Notes: generated by a model from the sequence alone, not told the origin. DNA of 10,500 nucleotides from a virus (IMGVR_UViG_2703718869_000008:1-10500), one strand, 5' to 3'; positions 1-6,904 are shown, counted from the stretch's first letter. Translations and numbers: made by a program.

Positions 1-239
1 CGTCCATATTTCTTTCCCATCCAGGCGTTATCACCAACACGCTCAAGATGCGGAGGGTCGAATATAACCATCGAAAAAGATGCGTCTGCAAATGGTAGTG
101 CACGAAAATCAGCTATCAGATCAGGACTGATAATCAGGCGTCGTCCATCACACAATGTGTGCTCTTCCTTTCTGATATCGCTAAATATCGCCCGGTCGTC
201 ATTCTTATCGAACCAGAACATGCGACTGCCACAGCACAT
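1..239 (-). CDS. Putative SAM-dependent (DNA) methyltransferase, N-terminal fragment; ORF is open to the left window edge
   Basis: Hand translation of the minus strand from ATG (plus 237-239) gives MCCGSRMFWFDKNDDRAIFSDIRKEEHTLCDGRRLIISPDLIADFRALPFADASFSMVIFDPPHLERVGDNAWMGKKYG with no stop before position 1. The LP-x-x-S-x-x-x-VIFDPPH segment resembles motif IV (DPPY-type) of beta-class N6A/N4C methyltransferases. Absent from the ORF track because it has no stop in the window. Start is uncertain (ATG at 239 or 221; no strong RBS). Confidence 0.45.
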   Translation of the reverse strand, partial: MCCGSRMFWFDKNDDRAIFSDIRKEEHTLCDGRRLIISPDLIADFRALPFADASFSMVIFDPPHLERVGDNAWMGKKYG

Positions 240-262
240 GTCGAGGATTGCTGCATGTCCAG

Positions 263-613
263 TCACTGGCTGCCTCCTTTGCGAAGCCGTTCCGCCCATT
301 CTTCAAGGGATTTCTCTGCATATTCACCGGACAGGCCATCAATCGGATGCGATTCATTAGCTAACTCTTCTTTTGCTGACAGAATCATGCGTGTAACGTC
401 GAAAACTTCAGCCAAAGGCTTATTGATAAATCCGTGATTGAAAGCAGCAGCAAGACGGCTTGCGGTATAGTTAATACCCTCGTTGCGAGCCTCAGCACGT
501 ACTTCATCGAATTTACGCACCAGATACTCAGCATTTGTTTCATTCACTTTCAGATCTCGCGGTACACATTTCCCGCGAAGAAACCCTTCCATTTCGAAAA
601 CATTCATGCGCAT
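263..613 (-). CDS. Hypothetical protein, last gene of the leftward early cluster (positional equivalent of yfdS)
   Basis: 116-aa ORF whose start overlaps the stop of the upstream HD-domain gene by 10 nt, suggesting co-transcription and coupling. No recognisable motif. Confidence 0.6.
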   Translation of the reverse strand: MRMNVFEMEGFLRGKCVPRDLKVNETNAEYLVRKFDEVRAEARNEGINYTASRLAAAFNHGFINKPLAEVFDVTRMILSAKEELANESHPIDGLSGEYAEKSLEEWAERLRKGGSQ

Positions 614-1140
614 TTGTGTAACTCCGATAACTCGTTAAAACGTTCCATAAACATCCCGTAGGCATGGCTAGGTGCCAGTGGAATCACGTTGAACATCTCT
701 GTTGCCGGGATGCCTTCCAGTACAGGCCAGAAAGAGCCATCATCAAGCCCGAGATCGCGGCGTTCGGTTGCCAGCATGATAAGATCGGCATATTTCACGG
801 GCGTACTCATAACTGGGGGTAACCCGTATTTCTCACGGATTACGGCGTCAATTTTTTCTTCCATCCGTTTATAGTCAGGAAGAAGGCGTTTCAGTGGAGC
901 GGGGATGTCCTGGCAATACGCTTCTGTTGCATCATGCATTAATGCTTCAAAAGCAAATTCCTGCGGTACCAGCTGGCTGCAAAGAACCGCATGTTGGGCG
1001 ACGCTGTAGAAGTGCGAAAGATGACCGGCAAAGCGACAGATATTTGAAAGGGAAACCGCGATATCGTTAATATCGATGTCGTCTTTATTTATCCTGTCAT
1101 AATAAAAATGCTTCCCGGAAAAAGTTTTAATAAATGACAT
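604..1140 (-). CDS. yfdR: HD-domain metal-dependent phosphohydrolase (YfbR/YfdR-like 5'-nucleotidase family)
   Basis: Track ORF 604..1167 starts at GTG; the internal ATG at 1140 is preceded by GGAGAA-N5 and gives 178 aa (MSFIKTF...). H...HD motif (SVAQHAVL...LMHDATEAY) is typical of HD phosphohydrolases. Size and position after a 274-aa gene match the K-12 CPS-53 yfdQ-yfdR arrangement; the symbol is assigned from synteny and size, not from a search. Confidence 0.78.
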   Translation of the reverse strand: MSFIKTFSGKHFYYDRINKDDIDINDIAVSLSNICRFAGHLSHFYSVAQHAVLCSQLVPQEFAFEALMHDATEAYCQDIPAPLKRLLPDYKRMEEKIDAVIREKYGLPPVMSTPVKYADLIMLATERRDLGLDDGSFWPVLEGIPATEMFNVIPLAPSHAYGMFMERFNELSELHKCA

Positions 1141-1233
1141 TTTGTTCTCCACGTATATGCGCTGCACCGCGCTGAATTCTGGTAAAAAGAATCCCTCACC
1201 ATCCGGCGATTATTGAGTAAATTACGTTTCCAT

Positions 1234-1255
1234 AAATGCCCCCTCAGGGGCATTT
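1234..1255 (-). other. Perfect palindromic hairpin AAATGCCCC-CTCA-GGGGCATTT in the yfdQ-yfdR intergenic spacer (possible attenuator or RNA-processing/stability element)
   Basis: Seen directly: 9-bp perfect stem with 4-nt loop, 12 nt downstream of the yfdQ-like stop on the transcribed minus strand. No clean U-tract follows, so it is not called a terminator. Confidence 0.35.
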
Positions 1256-1267
1256 GCAGTAATGAAA

Positions 1268-2092
1268 TCAGGCGGTGAAAGTACCAATAAAGGTTTCTAC
1301 TTTGCTGTCCTTGAATTTCTCAACAAGCAGATCACGAAATTCGTTAGCCATTTCTTCCTGCACCGCCTCCAGCTGAATAATGCGCAGAACCAGTACCGGA
1401 CGATCGCCAGTGATAATGCTGAGGCGTAATTTAAACGGACGTTCTTTCAGACCTTCAAACGGAATGCATTTAAATTCAAATGCCACTGGCATAATGTCTT
1501 TGGTCTTCGCTTCGACAGACTCCATCAGGGAGCGTTTGCCGCTGAAGTCATTATCTTCAAAATCAGCGGTCTGGTTTGCTTCAATCGTGATTTTACGGAC
1601 CGCCGCAGCCGCTTTTGTTGCCTGAATGGTGTCACCATTAGCATCAAAGCCCACAAGGTAGTCGGCCCAGTCTTCAATCCATTCTGCCAGTGATTTCTGG
1701 GAGTTACGCTCGCCATTAACAGACAACAGAGCAGAGAACGGTGCTGTCTTTTTCAGTTTGAGAGTGGCGGTGTTATCTGCGTGACCTGGTTCATCAATAG
1801 TACCCAGGTTAAGCACACTGACGGCACGCATATTATCAGCATCAATAAAGCAGCGGGTGCCTTCATCTGCAAGATCTTTAGAATAACGGGTAAAGTCATC
1901 GATGCTGGCAGTGGAAAGAGCACCACGGAAACGGAAGCGATTTAAATTAAATTTTTCCAGATCATGAATGCGGAAATTCTCAGGCAATGCCACAGCATCG
2001 GCACCAATCTTACTGATAATTTCATTAACACCCTGAGCAGAAATAAGGGCATGGATTTGATTAATTGCGGTTGCGTCTAAGTTCTGAGACAT
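1268..2092 (-). CDS. yfdQ: YfdQ-like protein (DUF2303 family), function unknown
   Basis: 274-aa ORF, the same length as K-12 YfdQ, with GAGGA-N7-ATG RBS and the same order P-Q-R as the CPS-53 cluster. Family assignment is from memory and synteny, not a search. Confidence 0.75.
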   Translation of the reverse strand: MSQNLDATAINQIHALISAQGVNEIISKIGADAVALPENFRIHDLEKFNLNRFRFRGALSTASIDDFTRYSKDLADEGTRCFIDADNMRAVSVLNLGTIDEPGHADNTATLKLKKTAPFSALLSVNGERNSQKSLAEWIEDWADYLVGFDANGDTIQATKAAAAVRKITIEANQTADFEDNDFSGKRSLMESVEAKTKDIMPVAFEFKCIPFEGLKERPFKLRLSIITGDRPVLVLRIIQLEAVQEEMANEFRDLLVEKFKDSKVETFIGTFTA

Positions 2093-2157
2093 AATAAGTC
2101 CTCACTATATAAGGATATTCAGTGATGAGATAAATAATCAGTTAATTAAGAACGATA

Positions 2158-2520
2158 TTAATGACCTGCTGCGCGGAGTTTTCCGTCAGGTTCACCGGCA
2201 AGAGTCAGTAATTGTCCCTGGTCTTCCTGCAGAATAGTCAGGCGACCACCGCGATTGACATACATCGGCGTTTCGGTGGTGTCTTCTTCGGAAATTTTCC
2301 CGCGGTTAGTCGGGCGAACATATGAGAGTTTGTGTTTGATTTTCACACGGTTCTCATCAAATGGTTCGATTTCCAGGTTGAGTGAGACCTTACCTTTGGT
2401 TTTCGTGTTCATCACACCTGAAGCGACTTCACTGAGAACTGCGCCGATTTTGGTTTCAAATACGCCGCCGTCCAGCTCCCCGATAAATGCCTGCACATCA
2501 GTACTGCGTTCGCTAGCCAT
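2158..2520 (-). CDS. yfdP: YfdP-like small early protein (120 aa), function unknown
   Basis: Track ORF 2158..2706 has an unlikely 62-codon N-terminal extension across the structured leader. The internal ATG at 2520 is preceded by GAGGAG-N7 and gives MASERSTDVQ..., 120 aa, matching K-12 YfdP size and position. Symbol is from synteny only. Confidence 0.65.
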   Translation of the reverse strand: MASERSTDVQAFIGELDGGVFETKIGAVLSEVASGVMNTKTKGKVSLNLEIEPFDENRVKIKHKLSYVRPTNRGKISEEDTTETPMYVNRGGRLTILQEDQGQLLTLAGEPDGKLRAAGH

Positions 2521-2568
2521 TTTGCTGCTCCTCATCATATCGACCCTGCAAGGTCGGTTGGTTTCTCC

Positions 2569-2657
2569 ACAAAACAGAGAAGAACACCTGCGGTGGCAGC
2601 CGCCCGGATGGATTGGGTTATGAGCCCGTCGTCCGGTGATGCTCTTCTCTGTTTTGT
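2569..2657 (-). repeat. Long-range perfect 15-bp inverted repeat (ACAAAACAGAGAAGA / TCTTCTCTGTTTTGT) with 59-nt spacer in the leader upstream of the yfdP-like gene
   Basis: Seen directly: arms at 2569-2583 and 2643-2657 are exact reverse complements. The spacer contains a further small GC stem (GCGG...CCGC). Confidence 0.6.
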
Positions 2658-2703
2658 AAAAAGAGCGGTACCAGCCGGAAGCAAGTGTACAAACTGGTAC
2701 CGC
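2656..2703 (-). terminator. Terminator-like hairpin (10-bp perfect stem GCGGTACCAG/CTGGTACCGC, 19-nt loop) followed on the minus strand by UCUUUUUAC
   Basis: Seen directly: plus 2665-2674 and 2694-2703 are exact reverse complements, and a T-tract follows in the minus-strand sense. The loop is long for a classical intrinsic terminator. It lies between the N-position HTH gene and the yfdP-like gene (tL1-like position). Confidence 0.4.
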
Positions 2704-2934
2704 CAAAGCAGTGGCTGTTGTGGTGACCGGTGCTGATCTCCGGCTTGCGGTTATTTCAGACTCTCACGGGCGTTTAATTACCCCGCCGAACAGCTCTTTT
2801 CCGCAATAGCTGCAATGTCTTTCGCGCATCAGCCTGCGCATTCACCACAACGCTAAGGATTCTCTCTGGTTGAAAATACTTAGCTGTTATGTGCCTGCTT
2901 TTAGCCACATCAGGCGAGGTGGTAGGTACGTGAG

Positions 2935-3303
2935 CTACTTGGTGGTATTTGCCTTCGATGAGGCAAGATAGGCATCAAGATCACTTTTTAGGTAAATAAC
3001 CTTTCTACCGATTTTTAAAAAAGGTATTCGAACTTTTCCTGTGCTAGCCCAATTAGCTAAGGTTTGCGCTTCTACGCCGATATAGGCTGCGGCGTCTTCT
3101 CTATTCATTTTTTCATGTTGTTCTGACAGAATACTCGTTGCTTCAAAATCAAAGCCCAGCTTTTCAAAGGCATAGATAATAGAGCCCAAAGCCATTTGTT
3201 TAACTGTTCTGTAGTTACTGCTTTCAACTTGGCTTAATGCAGTTTTTGCTGCTTCAATCACCACAAGCCAGGCATCTCGTTGGTTGTCGATACTGCCATC
3301 CAT
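2935..3303 (-). CDS. Helix-turn-helix DNA-binding protein (Xis/AlpA/MerR-like HTH in C-terminal half), first gene of the leftward early operon
   Basis: ATG at 3303 preceded by AGGAGA-N6 (track start GTG at 3309 abuts the RBS). C-terminal segment AAAYIGVEAQTLANWASTGKVRIPFLKIGRKVIYLKSDLDAYL resembles small excisionase-type HTH domains. Low-GC gene, unlike lambda N (not Arg-rich). Confidence 0.65.
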   Translation of the reverse strand: MDGSIDNQRDAWLVVIEAAKTALSQVESSNYRTVKQMALGSIIYAFEKLGFDFEATSILSEQHEKMNREDAAAYIGVEAQTLANWASTGKVRIPFLKIGRKVIYLKSDLDAYLASSKANTTK

Positions 3304-3361
3304 ATTCACTCTCCTGCCATGTGCGAATCATCCGGTCATTCATACGCCACCGTCGGCTACT

Positions 3362-3420
3362 TCGTGGGCGTCCTGCCTGTTCGTTATCTTTGATATAAAA
3401 TCTAACTTAACTTAGTTTTG
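3362..3420 (-). promoter_or_regulatory. Putative leftward early promoter/operator (pL/oL-like) with CTTAGTT-core operator-like palindromes
   Basis: AT-rich spacer between cI and the next leftward gene. Contains AACTTAGTT (3409-3417), sharing its core with palindromes in the cI-cro intergenic region; CTTAGTT recurs at 3446-3452. Promoter hexamers not confidently assigned. Confidence 0.4.
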
Positions 3421-3425
3421 ATGGC

Positions 3426-3462
3426 AAGAGAAAACACCAAACTTTTCTTAGTTCGGTGTTTT
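3426..3462 (-). terminator. Putative rho-independent terminator immediately downstream of cI (stem AAAACACCGAAC/GUUUGGUGUUUU with one G-U, 8-nt loop, U-rich 3' side)
   Basis: Seen directly: plus 3431-3442 and 3451-3462 are near-perfect reverse complements. On the minus-strand transcript the stem is followed by CUCUU. Lies 19 nt after the cI stop. Confidence 0.45.
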
Positions 3463-3480
3463 GGTTAGAGAAAAGGGGGG

Positions 3481-4107
3481 CTAGAGTTCGTATTGAACTC
3501 CTTTGACTACACCAATGATGAGGCAATTACCATTGATCGGGATGTTGGGGTACCGGGGATTTAATGGCACTAAAAACTTTTGAGGGCCATCGATAACTAA
3601 TTTTTTTACTGTGGCTTCGTTTGTTCCATCAAGTCTAGCGATGACTATTTTTCCATGCCGGGGTTCTGCATCAGGATCTACAATCACTGTTGCGCCTTCT
3701 GGTATTGTTGGGAGGCCGTTAGGGTTAGTCATGGAGTCGCCTTTAACCTCCAATGCAAATGAGTTATCACCAATCTTTAATGATGTATCTACCCACTTGT
3801 CTACTTCACTAAACACTTCTGCTGTCCTGCACTCAGTAAACTGCCCAGCCTGAACCCACGAGATTACAGGAACTCTGCGCATGTTTGTGACGAGTTTGCC
3901 TTCAAACTCCGCACCATAAAGAATGTAATCTATTGACGTATTGAAGAACTTCGCTAATTTTGAAAGTGCTTCCCCTCCAGGGACATTGATGTCTTTCTCC
4001 CAGTACCCCACAGCAACGTCACTTACTCCACAAAATTTACCCAATTCTTTCTGGGACGTTCTGGTAACTCTTCTCAGAGCTTTTATACGCTGACCAACCG
4101 TTTCCAT
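3481..4107 (-). CDS. cI: Phage CI-type repressor (N-terminal XRE-family HTH plus C-terminal S24 LexA-like autopeptidase domain)
   Basis: 208 aa. N-terminal HTH (QKELGKFCGVSDVAVGYWE), GDSM serine motif and downstream KK lysine motif typical of RecA-stimulated self-cleaving repressors. Divergent from a cro-like gene. Confidence 0.9.
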   Translation of the reverse strand: METVGQRIKALRRVTRTSQKELGKFCGVSDVAVGYWEKDINVPGGEALSKLAKFFNTSIDYILYGAEFEGKLVTNMRRVPVISWVQAGQFTECRTAEVFSEVDKWVDTSLKIGDNSFALEVKGDSMTNPNGLPTIPEGATVIVDPDAEPRHGKIVIARLDGTNEATVKKLVIDGPQKFLVPLNPRYPNIPINGNCLIIGVVKGVQYEL

Positions 4108-4204
4108 AGGAGCACCATTTCTTTAATTACTAAGTAATCTTAGTTTTTATTGACCTAAGATAGATTGATAATTAACATCTAATAAAACTTAGTTTGGAGG
4201 GCAT
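4108..4204. promoter_or_regulatory. Divergent immunity promoter/operator region (pRM/pR-like) with repeated near-palindromes ATTACTAAGTAAT and AAACTTAGTTT
   Basis: 97-bp AT-rich spacer between divergent cI and cro-like starts. Palindromes at 4126-4138 and 4185-4195 plus CTTAG/CTAAG at 4139-4143 and 4154-4158. Candidate pR: TTGACC (4150-4155), 17-nt spacer, TAACAT (4173-4178). GGAGG RBS 4 nt before the cro ATG. Confidence 0.6.
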
Positions 4205-4405
4205 ATGACGACTGACGATATCGAAAGCTACTTCGGCAGCATTGAGAAAGTTGCTGCTTTTTTCGGCATAACAACTGAAGCCGTTTATCAGTGGCGAAAC
4301 CGTCCTGGCCAGTTAATTCCAAAAGGACGTGCAGCAGAGGCTGCATATAGAACTTGCGGACGGTTGCCATTTAAACCTGAGCTTTATGAAAAATCTAATG
4401 GATAA
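4205..4405 (+). CDS. cro: Cro-like small HTH regulator (Cro/YdaS-type)
   Basis: 66-aa ORF divergent from cI, GGAGG RBS, central HTH-like segment (VAAFFGITTEAVYQWRNR). Position and size match cro. Symbol is positional/functional, not a lambda Cro sequence match. Confidence 0.75.
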   Translation: MTTDDIESYFGSIEKVAAFFGITTEAVYQWRNRPGQLIPKGRAAEAAYRTCGRLPFKPELYEKSNG

Positions 4406-4442
4406 ATCGATTTACAGAAACCACAGATATGAGGGCTTAAAC

Positions 4443-5027
4443 GTGGGTAAAGAACCTGAATGGAAAGTTGATAAGCAACCAGCATGGCTGGTGGCAGCAA
4501 TACGAAGAACGATTGCTGATTTACCTCATGGCTATGAGGAAGCAGCAGAAATTCTTGGTTTGTATAAATCTGATGATATCACCCCAGCAAAAGATCAATT
4601 GCATAACAGACTGCGTAGCGGTGGGGATCAAATTTTTCCACTTGAGTGGGCCATGGTTTTACAGGATGCCAGTGGTACCAGGCATGTAACGGATGCAATA
4701 GCCCGTCGTAGTAATGGGGTGTTTGTGCCGCTGGTGGTCATTGATGACATTGACAATGGTGACATTAATCAGCGGCTGATGGAGTCAATAGAATGGATTG
4801 GCAAGCATTCCCAGTACTTACGCAAGGCAACTGCTGATGGAGTTATTGACCAAGCTGAGCGTGAGCAAATCGAAGAGAACAGCTACCAAGTAATGGCGAA
4901 GTGGCAGGAGCATTTAACACTGTTATTTCGTGTTTTTTGTGCGCCGGAAAAGAGTAACGCCCGCGAGTGTGCAGCTCCGGGCGTCGTGGCGTCGATTGCT
5001 TCTGGTTGTGGAGAAACTAACGCATGA
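4443..5027 (+). CDS. Hypothetical early regulator in the cII position (possibly CII/YdaT-like); start uncertain
   Basis: Track ORF 4329..5027 overlaps cro in another frame. In-frame GTG at 4443 is preceded by GAGGG-N7; alternatives are ATG 4386 or 4398 without a good RBS. Stop overlaps the next start (ATGA). Function inferred only from position. Confidence 0.55.
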   Translation: MGKEPEWKVDKQPAWLVAAIRRTIADLPHGYEEAAEILGLYKSDDITPAKDQLHNRLRSGGDQIFPLEWAMVLQDASGTRHVTDAIARRSNGVFVPLVVIDDIDNGDINQRLMESIEWIGKHSQYLRKATADGVIDQAEREQIEENSYQVMAKWQEHLTLLFRVFCAPEKSNARECAAPGVVASIASGCGETNA

Positions 5028-5860
5028 ACAGTTTAACGGCAAATAACCGTTTGTCGCAACAGCTGGTGTTCAGTGTCGCTGAACACCTGTTGTTACGGCA
5101 TGAATGCAGATTACCAAATCACCTGGCTGTAAGTAACCACAGAGAACTTTACCTGACTGTGGGGGGCGAGTTGTGCTGGAACTTAACCGCTGGTTTCGTG
5201 ACGGAAGAGGGCTTTATGTCCATGTTATTCGTTGGGAGCCAGAAACACAGCGCGTTATCTATCTTCGCAAAGACTACCCGCATGAGTGCTTTAGTCCTTT
5301 GTGGAAATTCAGGCGTGATTTTGTTGAGTGTGAAGGACCACCAGCACATTGATTCTGCCATTCCGGGACGTTACACTGTTCAGGCACCTTATAAAGCGGG
5401 TGTCGGGATTGGCGTCCTGGAATTGCATACGGCGACAATTGGCGCGTTAGCGTCTTTTTTGTTGCTACAACTCAGCTATACCCAAATTATGGTGGGCTGG
5501 GTGGGGGCACCGAAAGGTGCGCCGGTTTCCGTATGCGCCGGTTACGCCAACCCTGCTCAGTTCACCACCAGCGAAATTGGCGTTTCCGGTGGTGGAAGTT
5601 ATCCATTGCATACGGAGGCTGCCATCATGGCTACTGTCCCAGCCCTCTCTCGTCTGAATGATGAAGACTTACATAAACTCAGTTATGTAACAACTGCACT
5701 ACGTGCTCTGCGCAAGGTAACTCTTTCGGATCCGCAGGCGCATCAGGTTTTGGTAGAAACCCTTCTTAACTTGCAGGCTGAACGTATTCGTCTGGCGGAT
5801 AAGGCTAATTTTCATATTCACCGTCTCCTGAATATCAGCGGAGGGCATCGTCATGCTTAA
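5024..5860 (+). CDS. Hypothetical protein (278 aa), unknown function
   Basis: Long stop-free frame; ATGA overlap with the upstream gene and ATGCTTAA overlap with the downstream gene. C-terminal 75 aa look clearly protein-like, but the middle is compositionally odd and an alternative frame is also open (see findings). Confidence 0.5.
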   Translation: MNSLTANNRLSQQLVFSVAEHLLLRHECRLPNHLAVSNHRELYLTVGGELCWNLTAGFVTEEGFMSMLFVGSQKHSALSIFAKTTRMSALVLCGNSGVILLSVKDHQHIDSAIPGRYTVQAPYKAGVGIGVLELHTATIGALASFLLLQLSYTQIMVGWVGAPKGAPVSVCAGYANPAQFTTSEIGVSGGGSYPLHTEAAIMATVPALSRLNDEDLHKLSYVTTALRALRKVTLSDPQAHQVLVETLLNLQAERIRLADKANFHIHRLLNISGGHRHA

Positions 5861-6089
5861 TCCGTTGATCCTCAATATTTGCCGTTTGCTTCAGCGTAAA
5901 AAAACATCAATTCCTACAGTTGGGCAGTGGTACACCACGCCTGCAGGGCATGTTCTACGTGTCAGCCTGGTTGACCGTGAATGTCAGAAGGTGATTTGTG
6001 AACCGCTGGGCCGTAATTACCGCGTCAGTATGCCGCTTATAGCCTTTCGCTCCGGAAAAAACATGAAGCATCTCGGAGGTGCAGCATGA
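5853..6089 (+). CDS. Hypothetical small protein (78 aa)
   Basis: GGAGGG-N7-ATG RBS and translational coupling on both sides (overlaps upstream stop; ATGA overlap with the initiator gene). Confidence 0.6.
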   Translation: MLNPLILNICRLLQRKKTSIPTVGQWYTTPAGHVLRVSLVDRECQKVICEPLGRNYRVSMPLIAFRSGKNMKHLGGAA

Positions 6090-6904
6090 GTATGGAGCTG
6101 ATGGTTAAAGCGATGAAAATTCGAGTGGGTAATCCATTGCGAAAACTGGTTCTGATCAAGCTGGCTGATAATGCCAGCGATCAGGGTGAGTGCTGGCCCA
6201 GCTACCAGCATATTGCTGACCAGTGCGAGATTAGCAAACGTTCTGTGATGAATCATATTGCGGCCCTTTGTGATTCCGGGCTGGTAAAAAAAGTCACCCG
6301 GAAAGGTGAAAAAGGTAACTCAAGTAATATCTATCTCCTTCATCTTGATGGTGCAGGAGATTCACTAGGGGGTAGTGCAAATAATTCACTATCTAGTGCA
6401 GCAAATTCACCAGGTAGTGCAGGAGTTGCACCAGGGGGTGGTGCAGGAGATTCACCCAGAACCAGTCACTCTTTTGAACCAGTCAAAGAACCAGTCAATG
6501 AACCAATAGCTGTTGGTGCATCTGCTGATGAGTCCGTGCGAGTTCGTTCAAACCGACCGGAATACTCTCCGGAGTTTGAGCAGGCATGGCTGGCATACCC
6601 CAAACGTGCTGGTGGCAATTCAAAATCTGCAGCCTTCAAAGCCTGGAAAGCTCGTTTGAATGAGGGGGTAAAACCCGAAACCATGCTGGAAGGTGTGAAA
6701 CGCTACGCGGGCTGGGTATCTGCGATGGGTAACAGCGGCACACAATTTGTGAAACAGGCTGTCACGTTCTTTGGTCCGGATCGTCATTTCGAAGAATCCT
6801 GGGAAGTTCCTGCGGTATCTGCAGCCAGACGCGAGGACCCGTACTTCAAAGCCAGTTACGACAACGTGGACTACAGCCAGATCCCGGCAGGATTCAGGGG
6901 GTGA
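6086..6904 (+). CDS. Phage replication initiator (lambda O-like organisation: N-terminal HTH, internal iteron-encoded Gly/Ser/Ala linker, C-terminal domain)
   Basis: GGAGG-N7-ATG. N-terminal HTH segment (LVLIKLADNASDQGECWPSYQHIADQCEISKRSVMNHIAALCDSGLV) typical of phage replication initiators. The middle of the gene carries tandem iterons, as in lambda O. Not the lambda O sequence itself. Confidence 0.72.
   Translation: MSMELMVKAMKIRVGNPLRKLVLIKLADNASDQGECWPSYQHIADQCEISKRSVMNHIAALCDSGLVKKVTRKGEKGNSSNIYLLHLDGAGDSLGGSANNSLSSAANSPGSAGVAPGGGAGDSPRTSHSFEPVKEPVNEPIAVGASADESVRVRSNRPEYSPEFEQAWLAYPKRAGGNSKSAAFKAWKARLNEGVKPETMLEGVKRYAGWVSAMGNSGTQFVKQAVTFFGPDRHFEESWEVPAVSAARREDPYFKASYDNVDYSQIPAGFRG
6347..6506 (+). 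repeat. Putative replication origin: five 15-bp iterons GTGCA-N5-T(T/G)CAC at 21-24 bp spacing, then three to four GAACCAGTCA repeats
   Basis: Seen directly: iterons start at 6351, 6375, 6396, 6417 and 6441 (first and fifth identical: GTGCAGGAGATTCAC). GAACCAGTCA occurs at 6459, 6476 and 6488 with a degenerate copy at 6500. Located inside the initiator gene, analogous to ori-lambda within O. Confidence 0.55.

Noticed and set aside
157-437. Plus-strand ORFs 157..360 and 159..437 (67 and 92 aa)
   Set aside because: They lie antisense to, and overlap, the better-supported minus-strand genes (methyltransferase start and yfdS-position gene). No RBS; junk-like composition.
2255-2623. Plus-strand ORF of 122 aa
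   Set aside because: Antisense overlap with the yfdP-like gene and leader; no RBS; Ser/Pro/Leu-rich composition typical of off-frame translation.
2521-2706. N-terminal 62-codon extension of track ORF 2158..2706
   Set aside because: The extension runs through the structured leader and its inverted repeats. The internal ATG at 2520 has a strong GAGGAG RBS and yields the 120-aa size expected for a YfdP-like protein.
2764-2841. 25-aa minus-strand mini-ORF (MRRLMRERHCSYCGKELFGGVIKRP) with a CxxC motif in the leader
   Set aside because: Too short and lacks a convincing RBS. Noted only in case the leader encodes a small regulatory peptide.
4329-4442. Upstream start (4329) of the cII-position ORF
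   Set aside because: It would overlap most of the cro-like gene in another frame. A downstream in-frame GTG with GAGGG RBS after the cro stop is more plausible.
5173-5352. Alternative-frame 59-aa ORF embedded in the 278-aa ORF
   Set aside because: Not called as a separate gene because the containing 837-nt frame is stop-free and coupled at both ends. The R/W-rich composition can arise from off-frame translation. Kept as a finding for testing.
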